64,000 nucleotides of DNA from positions 6,144,001 to 6,208,000 of the forward strand of contig CP068257.2 of the NCBI GenBank assembly GCA_009914755.4, written 5' to 3'. A program made the translations under genes and the position numbers. Under the pieces are notes generated by a model, which had not been told where the DNA came from, did no database searches, and saw only the letters and a list, made by a program, of their open reading frames with translations. This DNA is from the human T2T-CHM13v2.0 reference genome, Homo sapiens. This document shows, in pieces, positions 44,455 to 60,200 of the stretch (its first letter is position 1; each line of letters starts with the position of its first letter).

Positions 44455-44990
44455 GAAAGTGTTGGGAGAGCCTCAGCTGGAATTTCACGGACGGACAACA
44501 GCACAGAGAGGACAGTTGGCTCCCTTGCATATCATCCGAGATGCACAATGATCGCAGGTCTAGCAAGAAGGCCGGCAAAGAGAGCTAGAGTTCTGAGTTC
44601 CGCCGCCAGGAGCTCCATGGTGGCAGCTGGGAGGCTGCAGGGGCACGGGCGGGCCTGTGATGGTGGTGCGGGGACGCAGAGGAGGCGAGCTGCCAGAGGG
44701 GTGTCAGGCTTGGATGATGCGCGGGCCCGATATTTCGCGTGACGGGGGTCTCCACCCAGCCCAGGGGAGGATGCGTTTTCCGGGGTGGGGGGTGGGTTTG
44801 GGGAGGGGGTGGTCAGGCATGGGTGGGGTGGTGGAAAGGCATGAGAGCTCTTCCCGGGCTGCTACAACTGCCCAGGAGGCTGCCCGCAAATGAGCTCCTG
44901 CGCAGTAGGCGGCCCACCTGCTGGTACCAGGGCCGCCTGTGGGATTCCCGGGATGCCCAGGAATGAATGGCAGTTCTCCACTCTGTGGAG
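44455..44990 (-). repeat. D4Z4-like fragment H (3'-flank LSau/GC-rich part only; no DUX4-like ORF)
   Basis: Homologous to 1170-1700 of unit A. It is joined abruptly at 'ctctgtggag|atgtgactcttgtctaagc' to a beta-satellite variant monomer. Confidence 0.75.
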
Positions 44991-47559
44991 ATGTGACTCT
45001 TGTCTAAGCTCTGCCTAGAGGGACATTGGGACATATCTCTGCACTGATCGCTGAGGTGATGTAAAATTTGTCTAGGCTTTGCATACAGTGGGATTTATGA
45101 CATATCTCTACACTGATCACCCAGGTGATGTAACTCTTGTCTAGGCTCTGCTTACAAGGGGTATTGTGAGATAAATCTGCACTGATCACCCAGTTGACAG
45201 ACTCTTCTCTTGCATCTGCCTATGGGGGCATAGGAACATATCTCTCCACTGATCACCTAGGTGATGTAACTCGTGTTTAGCCTCTGCCTACAGGGGCATT
45301 TTAACATATCACTGCACTGATCACCGAGATGATGTAACTCTTGTATAGGCTTCGCTGACAGGGGGCATTGACCCGTATCTCTGCACTGATCACCGAGGTG
45401 ATGTAACTCTTGTCTAGGCTCTGCTTACAGGGGGCATTGTGACATATCTCTGCCCTGATCACCAAGCTGATGTAACTCTTGTCTAGGCTCTGCCTACTGG
45501 AGACATTGTGACATATCTCCGCACTGATCAACCAAGTGATGTCACTTTTGTCAAGGATATGTCTACAGGGGCATTGTGACATGTAACTGCACTGATCACA
45601 CAGCAGATGTAGGTCTTGTCTAGGCTCTGGCTACAGGGGCTTGTGACACATCTCTGCACTGATCACCCAGGTGATGTAACCCTTGTCTAGGCTCTGCCAA
45701 AAGGGGGCATTGTGACATAACGCTGCACTGATCACCCATGTGATGGGACACTTGACTAGGTTCTGCCCACAGGGGAATTGTGATATATCCTTGCAGTGAT
45801 CACGTAGGTGATGTAACTCTTGTCTATATCTGCCTACTGGCGTCATTGTGGCATATTTCTGCACTGATCACCCAGGTGATGGACTCTTGTCTTGGATCTG
45901 CCTATGGGGGCATAGTGACATATCTCTGCACTGATTACTCATGTGATGTAACGCTTGTCTAAGCTGCGCCTAAAGGAGAATTTTGACAGATATCTCCACA
46001 GATCACCCAGGTGATGTAACAATTTTCTAGGGTTTGTCTACAGGGGGTTTTGTGACATATGTTTGCACTGATCACCCAGGAGATGTAACAACCCTTTTCT
46101 AGGCTTGGGCTACAGGGGCTTTGTGACATATTTCTGCACTGATCACCCAGGTGATGTAACATTTGTCTAGGCTCTGCCTACAGGTGCATTTTGACATAGT
46201 TCTGCACAGATCACGTAGGTTATGTAACTCTTTTCCACTCTCTGCCTACAGGGGGCATTGTGAAATATCTCTGCACTCATCACCGAGGTGATGGGACTCT
46301 TCTCTATACTCTGCCTAGAGGGCGATTTGTGACATATCTCTTCACTGATAACCCAGGTGACGGAATTCTTGTCTAGGATCTGTCTATGGGGGCATTGTGT
46401 CAAATAACTGCCCTGATCACCCAGGTGATGTAACTCTTTTCTAGGCTCTGTCTACAGGGATTTTTGTGACATATCAGTGCACTGATAACCTAGGTGATGT
46501 AAGGCTTGTATGGGCTTTGCCTACAGAAGGCTTTGTGACTAATCTATGCACTGATCTCTGAGGTGATGCAACTCTTGTCTAGGCACTGCCTCCAGGGGAC
46601 ATTGGTAGATATCTCTGCACTGATCACCCAGGTGATGGACCATTGTCTTAGGTCTGCCATCATGGACATTGTGACACATCTCTGAACAGATCAACCAAAT
46701 GATGAAACTCTTGTCTAGGCTCTGCCTTCAGGGGATTCGTGACACATCTCTGCACTGATCACCCTGGGGAGGGAACTCTTGTCTATGCTCTGCCTACAGG
46801 AGGCTTTATGACTTATACCTGCACTGATAACATAGCTGATGTAATACTTGTCTAGGCTCTGCCTAAACGGGAATTCTCACATGTCTCTGCACTGATCACC
46901 CAGGTGATGTAACTCCTGTCTAGGTTCAGCCTACAGGAGCATTTTGACATATTTCTGCACTGATCACCCAGGTGATGTAACCCTTGTCAAAGCTCTGCCT
47001 ACAGGGACATTGTGACAGATCTCTCCACTGCTCACCCAGGTGATGTAACAATTGTCTGGGCTTTGCCTACAGGGGGCTTTGTGATATACATTTCCACTGA
47101 TCAAACAGGTGATGTAACCCTTCTCAAGGTTCTGCTTACAGGGGATTTGTGACATATCTCTGCATTGATCACCCCAGGGAGGAAGCACTTGTCTACACTC
47201 TGCCTACAGGAGGCTTTATGACTTATCCCTGCTCTGATCACTAGGTGATGTAACACTTGTCTAGGCTCTGTCTACACGGGAATTTTCATATATCTCTACA
47301 CTGATCACCTAAGTGATGTAACCCTTGTCTAGCTTCAGCTTACTGGGGATTTCTCACATACCTATGCACTGATCACTGAGGTGATGTAAATCATTTCCAG
47401 GCTTTTTGTACAGGGGACACTGTGATATATCCCTGCACTGATCACCCAAATGATGCAAATCTACTCTAGGCTCCGCAGGGAGGGGGCATTGTGACAGATT
47501 TCTGAACTTATCATCTGGGAGATATAACTATTCTCCAGGATTTGACGAAAGGGCTTCAG
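44991..47559. repeat. beta-satellite tandem array, orientation 1
   Basis: 68-bp GATC monomers. Confidence 0.9.
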
Positions 47560-47861
47560 AAGGTGTTGGGAGAGCCTCAGCCAGAATTTCACGGACAGAC
47601 AAGGGCACAGAGAGGCGAGCAAGCTCCCTTGCACAACAGCCAGTGTGTGCAATGAGCGCAGGTTTAGCCACGAGTCCAGCAAAGAGAGCTAGAGGTCTGC
47701 GTTCTGCCGCCAGGAGCTCCATGGTGGCAGCTGGGAGGCTGCAGTGGCACGGGCGGGCCGGCGACGGTGGCGCAGAGGCTTAGAGGTGGGGAGCCGCCGG
47801 AAGGGTGTCAGGCCTGGACGCTGCGTGGGCCCAGTGTTTCCCGGGACAGTGGTCTCCACCC

Positions 47862-48725
47862 AGCCTGGAGACCAGGAGTGATATCTGGTTTCAGAGTCGA
47901 AGGACCAGGCACCTGGGAGAGGTGGGCAGGGCGCCTGCGCAGGTGGTGGCCTGTGCAACGTGGTCCCCTGTGGGTGTCACCCTGCTCCCTCGTGGGTCAC
48001 CTTTGCCCACACCGGCACAAGGGCAAGGAGTCTTCCCGCACCCCACGTGCCTTGCTCCTGGGGCTCTCCCACAGGGGGCTTTCGTGAGCCAGGGAGCGAG
48101 GGCCGTCCCTGTGCTCCAGCCCAGCCAGGCCGCGCCAGCAGAGGGGATCCCCCAACCTGCCCCGGCAGGCGGGGATTTTGCCAATTCTGCCCTGACTCCT
48201 CCGGAATGGGAGCTCTCCCACCCTCAGTCTTCTCGGTGGCCTCTGCAGCTGGGCAAAAGCTGGGAGGACCGGGACGCGCAGCGCGACAGCTTGCTGGACC
48301 CTTGCGCGGTGGGACCGCCTGGGCCTGCTCAAGCGGGGCCACAGGGCCAAGGTGTGCTTGTGCCACCCAAGTCCTAGGGGAGTCCGTCGTGGGGCTGTGG
48401 CCGGTGTCCGCAGGTCGCCGGGGCGGCGTGGGAACCCCAGGACGGGACAGCTCCACCATGCCAGTCCGCCCCCCCAGAGGCCTCGCCTGGCAGGGGCAGA
48501 TGCAAGGCATCCCGGTGCTCTCACAGGCCCTCCAGGAGCGGGGACGCTTGTCTGCACTCCCCTCCGGCCTGATGCTGGATGAGATCCTGGAGAGCTTGGA
48601 GTTTCTGCAGCAGATGCAACCTTTCCTAGAAACGGAGGCCCTGGGAGAGCTGGAGGCCTTGGAAGAGTCCGCCTTGCTGGAAGCACCCCTCAGAGAGGAA
48701 GAATACCGGGCTCTGCTGGAGGAGC
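47862..48725 (+). pseudogene. DUX4-like 3' fragment (helix 3 of homeodomain 2 to the C-terminus), frameshifted; terminal TAG>CAG
   Basis: ORF 47805..48377 reads '...[31 protein letters not shown]...[38 protein letters not shown]...'. ORF 47960..49222 continues '...[83 protein letters not shown]...' with no stop after EEL. Confidence 0.75.
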
Positions 48726-49129
48726 TTCAGGACACGGGGTTGGGACAGGGTCATGTCGGGGCAGGGCTGTGGCCTCTCTTTCACGGGGAACACCTGACTG
48801 GCTGTGGAGGGGCGTGTCTTCCCCCAGCCCCCTCCACCGGGCTGACCGGCCTGGGATTCCTGCCTTCTAGGTCTAGGCGAGCTGAGAGAATCCACACAGT
48901 GGAGAACTGCCATTCTTTCCTGGACATCCCTGGGATCCCAGGGCCAGCCCAGGTACCAGCAGTTGGGCCGCCAACTGTGCACGTGCGGGTTTGTGGGCAG
49001 CCGCCTGGGCTGTGGGAGCAGCCTGGGCAGAGCTCTCTTGCCTTAACACTACCCCACACCCGCCTGACCACCACCTCCCCACCCCCACTCCCCACCCCGA
49101 GAAAACGCGTTCTCCCCTGGCCTGGGTGG

Positions 49130-49440
49130 AGACCCCGTCCTGTGAAACACTGGGCATGCGCAGCGTCCTGTCCTGACATCCCTGCAGTGTATTGCATCCT
49201 CTGCGCCTCCGCACCACTGTAGCCTGCCCGCGCATTCCCCTGAAGCCTCCCAGCTGCCACCATGGAGTGCCTGGCAGCGGAACGCAGACCTCTAGCTCTC
49301 TTAGCTTGCATCCTGGCTAGACCTGCACTAATTGCACACCTGGCTGATGTGCAAGGGAGCCAGCTGGCCTCTCTGTGCCCTTTTCCATCCATGAAATTCT
49401 GGCTGAGGTTCTCCCAACACCTTCCGACGCTCTTTCATTA
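49130..49440 (+). repeat. LSau-like arm, inverted copy of 47560-47861 (together they form a ~0.3-kb inverted repeat with a ~1.3-kb spacer)
   Basis: The reverse complement of 'ctgaagcctcccagctgccaccatggagtgcctggcagcggaacgcagacctctagctctc...' matches 'gagagctagaggtctgcgttctgccgccaggagctccatggtggcagctgggaggctgcag' at 47680-47750. Confidence 0.8.
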
Positions 49441-52400
49441 AAGCCTGGAGAATAGTTACAACTCCTGGATGATCAGTTCAGAAACATGTTACAATAACCC
49501 CTCCCTGTGGAGCCTAGAGAAGATTTCCATCATCTGGGTGATCAGTGCAGAGACATATCACAATGTCCCCTGTACAAAAAGCCTGGAAATGATTTACATC
49601 ACCTCGGTGATCAGTGCATAGTTATGTCAGAAATCCCCAGTAGGCTGAACCTAGACAAGGGTTACATCACTTTGGTGATCAGTGCAGAGATATGTGAAAA
49701 TTCCCGTGTAGACAGAGCCTAGACAAGTGTTACATCACCTAGAGATCAGTGCAGGGATAAGTCGTAAAGCCTCCTGCAGGCAGAGTGTAGACAAGTGTTT
49801 CCTCCCTGAGGTTATCAGTGCAGTGATATGTCCCAAAGCCCCTGTAAGCAAAACCTTGACAAGTGTTACATCACCTGCTTGATCAGTGGAAATGCATATC
49901 ACAAAACCCCGTCTAGGCAAAGCCCAGATAATTGTTACATCACCTGGGTGAGCAGTGGAGAGATCTGTCACAATGCCCCAGTAGCCAGAGCTTAGACAAG
50001 GGTTACATCACCTGGGTGATCAGTGCAGAGATATGTCAAAATGCTCCTGTAGGCTGAACCTAGACAACAATTACATCACCCAGGTGATCAGTGCAGATAT
50101 ATGTGAGAATTCCCGTGTAGGCAGAGCCCAGACAAGTGTTACATCACCTAGGTTATCAGTGTGGGTATAAGTCATAAAGCCTCCTGTAGGCAGAGCATAG
50201 ACAAGAGATCCCTCCCCAGGGTGATCAGTGCAGAGATGTGTCACAAAGACCCTTTAGGCAGAGCCTAGACAAGAGTTTCATCACTTGGTTGATCAGTTCA
50301 GAGATGTGTCACAATGTCCATGTAGGCAGATCTAAGACAAGGCTCCATCACCTGGGTGATCAGTGCAGAGATATGTACCAACGTCCCCTGTAAGCAGGGC
50401 CTAGACAAGAGTTGCATCACCTCAGAGATCAGTGCATAGATATGTCACAAACCCTTCTGTAGGTAAAGCCCATACAAGACTTACATCACCTAGTTGATCA
50501 GTGCAGTGATATGTCACAAAAATACCTGTAGACAGAGCCTAGACAAGAGTTACATCACCTGGGTGATCAGTGCAGATATTTGACACAATGCCCACATAGA
50601 CAGCCTAGAGAAGACTTCCATCACCTGGGGGATCAGTGCAGAGATATGTCACAAATCCCCCTCTAGGCAGAGCACAGAGAATAGTCCCATCACCTGGGTG
50701 ATCAGTGCAGTGATATTTCACACTGCCTCCTGTAGGCAGAGAGTGGACAAGAGTTACATAACCTAGGTGATCTGTGTAGAGATAAGTCACAATCCCCCCT
50801 GTAGGTGGAAGCTTGACAAGAGTTACATCACCTGGGTGATCAGTGCAGAGATATGTTACAAAGCCCCAGTAGGGAGAGCCTAAACAAGAGTTACATCAAC
50901 TGGGTGATCAGTGCAGAAATACGTCACAAAACAGTGGTAGCCCGAGCCTAGACAAGAGTGACATATCCTGGCTGATCAGTGCAAAGATATGTCACAAAGC
51001 CACCTGTAGACAAATCCCAGAAAATTCATACATCACCTGGGTGATCAGTGGGACATCTGTCACAATTCTCCTTTAGGCACAGCTTAGACAAGTGTTACAT
51101 CACATGAGTGATCAGTGCAGAGATATGTCACTATGGCCCCATAGGCAGATCCAAGACAAGAGTCCATCACCTGGGTGATCAGTGCAGAAATATGCCATAA
51201 TGCCTCCAGTAGACAGATATAGACAAGAGTTACATCACCTGCGTTATCACTGCAGAGATATGTCAAAAAGCCCCTTTAGGCAGAACCTAGACAAGGGTTA
51301 CATCTCCTGGGTGATCAATGCAGAGATGTGTCACAAGCTCCCTGTAGCCAGAGCCTAGACAAGAGTTACATCAGCTGTGTGATCAGTGCAGTGACATGTC
51401 CCAATGTCCCTGTAGCCATATCCTTGAGAAAACTAACATCATCTGGGTGATCAGTGTGGAGATATGTCACAATGCCTCCAGTAGGCAGAGCCTAGACAAG
51501 GGTTACATCACCTGGGTGATCATGGAAGAGATATGTCACAATGCCCCCTGTAAGCAGATCCAAGACAAAAGGTACATCACCTCAGCGATCAGTGCACCGA
51601 TATGTCCCAATGTCCCTCTAGGCAGAGCTTAGACAAGAGTAACATCTCCTGAGTGATAAGTGCAGAGATAAGTCACAATGCACCCATAGGCAGAGCCTAG
51701 ACTAGAGTTAAATAACCAGGGTAATCCATGCAGAGTGATGTCACAAAGCCCTCTTTAGGCAGAGACTAGAAAAGAGTTGCATCACCTGGGTGATCAGTGC
51801 AGAGATATGTCACAATGCCCCTGTAGGCAGAGCATAGAGAAGTGTTGTATCACCTGAGCGATCAGTGCAGAGATATGTCACAATGCCCCCATAAGCAAAT
51901 CCAAGACAAGAGTCCGTCACCAAGGTGATCAGTGCAGAAATATGTGACAATGCCCCCAGTAGGCATAGCCTAGAGAACAGTCCCATTACCTGGGTGATCA
52001 ATGCAGAGATATTTCACAATATCTCTGCCCTACAGGCAGAGTATAAGCAAGAGTTACATCACCTACATGATCAGTGCAGAGATATGTCACAATGCCGCCT
52101 GTAGGCAGAGTATAGAGAAGAGTTGCAGCACCTGGGTGATCAGTGCAGGGATATGTCACAATGTCCCCTTTAGGCAGAGCATAGAGAAGAGTTGCATCAC
52201 CTGGGTGATCACTGCGGAGATATGTCACAATGTCCCCTGTAGACAAAGCCTAGGCAAGAGTTACATCACCTTTCTCATCAGTTCAGGAATATGTGAAAAC
52301 GCCCCTGTAGGCAGAGCCTGGACAAGAGTTACATCACCTAGTTGATCAGTGCAGAGATATTTCACAATACCCTCTGTAGGCAGACCCTAGACAAGAGTTG

Positions 52401-54457
52401 ATTCTCCAGGGTGATCAGTGCAGAGATATTTCACAATGCCCCCTTTGGGCAGAGGGTACACAAGAGTTACATCACCTAGGTGATCAGTGCAGAGATTTAT
52501 CAAAATTCCCTGTAGGCAATGCTTATAAAAGTGTTACATCACCTAAGTGATCAGTGTAGAGATATGTCACAAAGCTCCTGTAGGCAGAACTTAGATGAGT
52601 TACATCACCTGGGTGATCAGTGCAAAGTATGTCACAAAGCCCCCGGTAGGCACAGCCTAGAAAGTAGTTATATCACTTGGGTGATCAGTGGCGAGATCCC
52701 CCACAATTCCCTTTAGTCAGAATTATACAACAGTTACATCAACTGGGTGATCAGTGCAGAGATATATCACAATGCCCCCATAGGCAGATACAAGACAAGA
52801 GTCCGTAACCAGGGTGATCAGTGCAGTGATATGTCACAATGCCGCCATAGGCAGATCCAAGACAAGAGTCCGTCACCTGGGTGATCAGTGCAGAAATATG
52901 TCACAATGCCCCCTTAACAGAACCTAGAAAAAAGCCCCATCACCTGGATGATCAGTGCAGAGTTATGTCACAATGTCCCTTTAGGCAGATCCTAGACAAG
53001 AATTACATCCCTTGGATGATGAGTGCAGAGATATGTCACAATGCCACTGTAGGCAGAGCCTAGACAAGAGTTACATGACCTAGGTGATCAGTGCAGAGAT
53101 ACATTGCTATGTCCCTGTAGGCAGAGCCTTGACAAGTGGTGCATCACCTGGGTAATCATTGCAGGGATGTGTCACAAAGCACCCTGTAGGCAGATCCTAG
53201 AAAGGAGTAACATCACCTGGTTGATCAGTGCAGAGATGTCACAATGCCACTGTAGGCAGAGCCTAGACAAGAGTTACATGACCTATGTGATCAGTGCAGA
53301 GATATATCGCAATGCCCCTGTAGGGAGAGCCTTTACTAGAGTTATATCACCTGGGTGATCAGTGCAGTGATATGTCACAATGCCATGTAGCCTGAGCCTA
53401 GATTAAGTTATAGCACCTGGGGGATCAGTGCAGAGATATGTCACAATGTCCCCAATAGGCAGAGACCAGGCAAGAGTTGGATCACCTTGGGATCAGTGCA
53501 GAGATATGTCTCAATCCCCCTGTGGGCACAGCCTAGACGACAGTTACATCAGCTCGGTTAACAGTGCAGAGATACGTCAAGGTGCCCCTGTAGGCCGAGC
53601 CTACAAAAATGTTACATCAGTCAGGTGATCAGTGCAGAGATATGTCACCATACCCCCTGTAAGCAGAGCCTAGACAAGAGTTACATCACCTGGGTGATCA
53701 GTGCAGAGATATGTGACAAGGCCCCTTTAAGCAGAGCCTAGACAATAGTTACATCACCTGAGTGATCAGTGCAGAGATCTGTCACAATGCCCCTTTAGGC
53801 AGAGCTTAGACCAGAGTTACATCACCTGGGTGATCAGTGCAGAGATATGTTACAATGACCCCGTAGGCAAATCCAAGAGGAGAGTCCGCCACCTGGGTGA
53901 TCAGTACAGACATATGTGACCATGCCCCCAGTAGGCAGGGCCTAGGGAAGAGTCTCATCACCCTGGTGATCAGTGCAGAGATATTTCACAATGCCTCTGC
54001 AGGCAGAGCGTAAGCAAGTGTTACATCACCTAGATGATCAGTGCGGAGATATGTCACAAGGCCCCCTATAGGCAGAGCCTGGACAAGAGTTACATCACCT
54101 CTGTGATCAGTGCAGTGATATGTCACTATGCCCCGTAGGTAGAGCGTAGTCAAGCGTTACATCACCTGGGTGATCACTGCAGAGATATGTCACAATGTCC
54201 CCATACACGGAGCCTAGAAAAGAGGCCCATCACCTGGGTGATCCGTGCAGAAATATGTCACAATGCCCCATAGGCAAATCAAACACAAGAGTTGCATCAC
54301 CTGGGTGATCAGTGTAGAGATATGTCACAATGCCCCCATAGGCAGAGCCCAGAGAAAAGTCCCATCACCTGGGTGATTAGTGCAGAGATATGTCACAAAG
54401 CCCCTGTAGGCAGAGCCTAGACAAGTGTTACATCATTTTGTTGATCTGTTCAGAGAT
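49441..54457. repeat. beta-satellite tandem array, orientation 2 (reverse complement of all upstream blocks)
   Basis: Monomers now read 'cagagatatgtcacaatgcccctgtaggcagagcctagacaagagttacatcacctgggtgatcagtg', the reverse complement of the upstream monomer; the six-frame satellite ORFs switch from the minus to the plus strand. Confidence 0.9.
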
Positions 54458-57235
<2,778 letters not shown>

Positions 57236-60200
57236 ACCTGGTGAATAGTTACATATCCTGGATGATCATTTCAGAAATATGTCACAAGGCCACCTCCCTT
57301 TGGATCCTAGAGAAGATTTGCATCCTTTGGGTGATCAGTGCAGAGATATATCACAATGTTCCCTGTACAAAAATCCTGGAAATGATTTACAACACCTTGG
57401 TGATCAGTGCATAGGTATGTCAGAAATTCCCAGTAGGCTGAAACTAGATAAGGGTTACATCACGTAGGTGATCAGTGTAGAGATATGTGAAAATTCCCAT
57501 GTAGACAGAGCCTAGACAAGTGTTACATCACCTAGTGATCAGTGCAGGGATAAGTCATAAAGCCTCCTGTAGGCAGAGTGTAGACAAGTATTTCCACCCT
57601 GGGGTGATCTGTGCGGAGATATGTCACAAAGCCCATGTAAGCAGAACCTTGAGATGGGTCACATCATCTGTTTGATCAGTGGAAATGTATATCACAAAGC
57701 CCCCTGTAGGCAAAGCCCAGATAATTGTTACATCACCTGGGTGAGCAGTGGAGAGATCTGTCACAATGCCCCTGTAGGCAGAGCCTAGAAAAGGGTTACA
57801 TCACCTGGGTGATCAGGGCAGAGATATGTCAAAACGCTCCTGTAGGCTGAACCTAGACAGCAGTTACATCACCTGGGTGATCAGTGCAGAGATATGTGAG
57901 AATTCCCGTGTAGGCAGAGCCCAGACAAGTGTTAAATCAGCTACGTTATCAGTGCAGGTATAAGTCATAAAGCCTCCAGTAGGCAGAGCGTAGACAAGAG
58001 ATCCCTCCCCAGGGTGATCAGTGCAGAGATGTGTCACAAAGCCCCTGTAGGCAGAGCCTAGACAATACATTCATCACTTAGTGGATCAGTTCAGAGATGT
58101 GTCACTATGTCCATGTAGGCAGATCTAAGACAAGAGTCCATCACCTGGGTGATCAGTGCAGAGATATTTACCAATGTCCCCTGGAGGCAGTGCCTAGACA
58201 AGAGTTGCATCACCTCAGATATCAGTGCATGGATATGTCACAAAGCCTTCTGTTGGCAAAGCCCATACAAGGACTACATCACCTTGGTGATCAGTGCAGT
58301 GATATGTCACAAAAAATCCCTGTAGGCAGAGACTAGAAAAGAGTTACATCACGTGGGTGGTCAGTGCAGATATTTGACACAATGCCCCCATAGACAGAGC
58401 ATAGACAAGACTTCCATCACCTGGGAGATCAGTGCAGAGATATGTCACAAATCGACCTCTAGGCAGAGTATAGAGAAGAGTCCCATCACATGGGTGAACA
58501 GTGCAGAGATATTTCACAATGCCCGCTGTAGACAGAGAGTGGACAAGAGTTACATAGCCTAGGTGATCTGTGGAGAGGTATGTCAAAACACCCCTGTAGG
58601 CAGAGTCTAGATAAATGTTACATCACCTGGGTGATCAGTGCAGAGATACATCACAATACCCCCTATAGGTGGAGCCTACACAAGAGTAACATCACCTGGG
58701 TGATCAGTGAAGAGACTCGTCACAATACGCCCTGTAGGTGGAGCCTAGACAAGAGTTATATCACCTGGGTGATCAGTACAGAAATATGTCACAAAGCCCC
58801 TGTAGGCTGAGCCTAGACAAGAGTTACATCTCCTGGATGATCAGTGCCAAGATATGTCACAAAGCCCCCTGTAGACAAATCCTAGAAAATTGTTACATCA
58901 CCTGGGTGATCAGTGGAGATATCTGTCACAATTCCCCTTTAGGCGCAGCATAGACAAGCGTTACATCACATGAGTGATCAATGCAGAGATATGTCACTAT
59001 GCCCCCATAGGCAGATCTAAGACAAGAGTCCATCACCTGGGTGATCAGTGCAGAAATATGCCACAATGCCGCCAATAGGCAGATATAGACAAGAGTTACA
59101 TCACCTGCGTTATCACTGCAGAGATCTGTCACAATGCCCCTGTAGGCAGAGCCCAGTCAAGGGTCCCAACACCTGGGTGATAAGTGCAGAGTTGTGTCAC
59201 AAAGCCCCCATTTGACAGAGCCTAGAGAGGGGTTACATCACCTGGGTGGTCAGTGCAGAGATGTTTCACAAGTCTCCTGTAGCCAGAGCCTAGACAAGAG
59301 TTACATCAACTGTGTGATCAGTGCCCTGACATGTCACAATATCCCAGTAGCCATATCATTGACAAAAGTGACATAACCTGGGTGATCAGTGCGGAGATAT
59401 GTCACAATGTCTCCAGTAGGCAGAGCCTAGACAAGAGTTACATCACCTGGGTGATCATGGCAGAGATATATCACAATGCCCCCTGTAAGCTGATCCCAGA
59501 AATGAGTTGCATCACCTCGGTGATCAGTGCAGAGATATGTCATAAATCCCACTGTAGGCAAAGCCTAGACCAGTTTTACATCACCTCAGTGATCATTACA
59601 GAGATATGTCCCAATGTCCCTCTAGACTGAGCTTAGACAAGAGTCACATCTCCTGGGTGATCAGTGCAGAGATAAGTCACAATGCCCCCATAGGCAGAGC
59701 ATAGACAAGACTTACATAACCTGGGTTATCCGTGCAGAGTTATGTCACAACGCCCTCTGTAGGCAGAGACTAGAAAAGAGTTACAACACCTGGGTGATCA
59801 GTGCAGAGATATGTCACAATGCCCCTGTAGGCAGAGCATAGAGTAGAGTTGCATCACCTGGGTGATCAGTGCAGAGATATATCCCAATGTCCTCTGTAGG
59901 CAGAGCATAGAGAAGAGTTGCATCACCTGGGAGATCAGTGCAGAGATATGTCACAATGTCCACTGTAGGCACAGCGAAGGCAAGAGTTGCATCACCTGGG
60001 TGATCAGTGCAGATGTATGTCACAATGTCCCCTGTAGGCAAAGCCTAGGCAAGAGCTACATCACCTTTGTCATCAGTTTAGGGATATGTGAAAATGCCCC
60101 TGTAGGCAGAGCCTTGACAAGAGTTACACCACCTAGTTGATCATTGCAGAGATATTTCACAATACCCCCTGTAGGCATATCTTGGAGAAGAGTTGAATCA

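Larger units (their letters stand above)
47560..49440. repeat. D4Z4-like unit I: inversion junction. A minus-oriented LSau part (47560-47861) is fused to a plus-oriented DUX4-like 3' half plus 3' region (47862-49440)
   Basis: 47560-47861 is collinear with 1170-1470 of unit A (minus-type). From 47862 'tggagaccaggagtgatatctggtttcagagtcgaaggaccaggcac' the sequence encodes DUX4 homeodomain 2 helix 3 onward on the plus strand. 49241-49440 is the reverse complement of 47560-47760. Confidence 0.8.
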
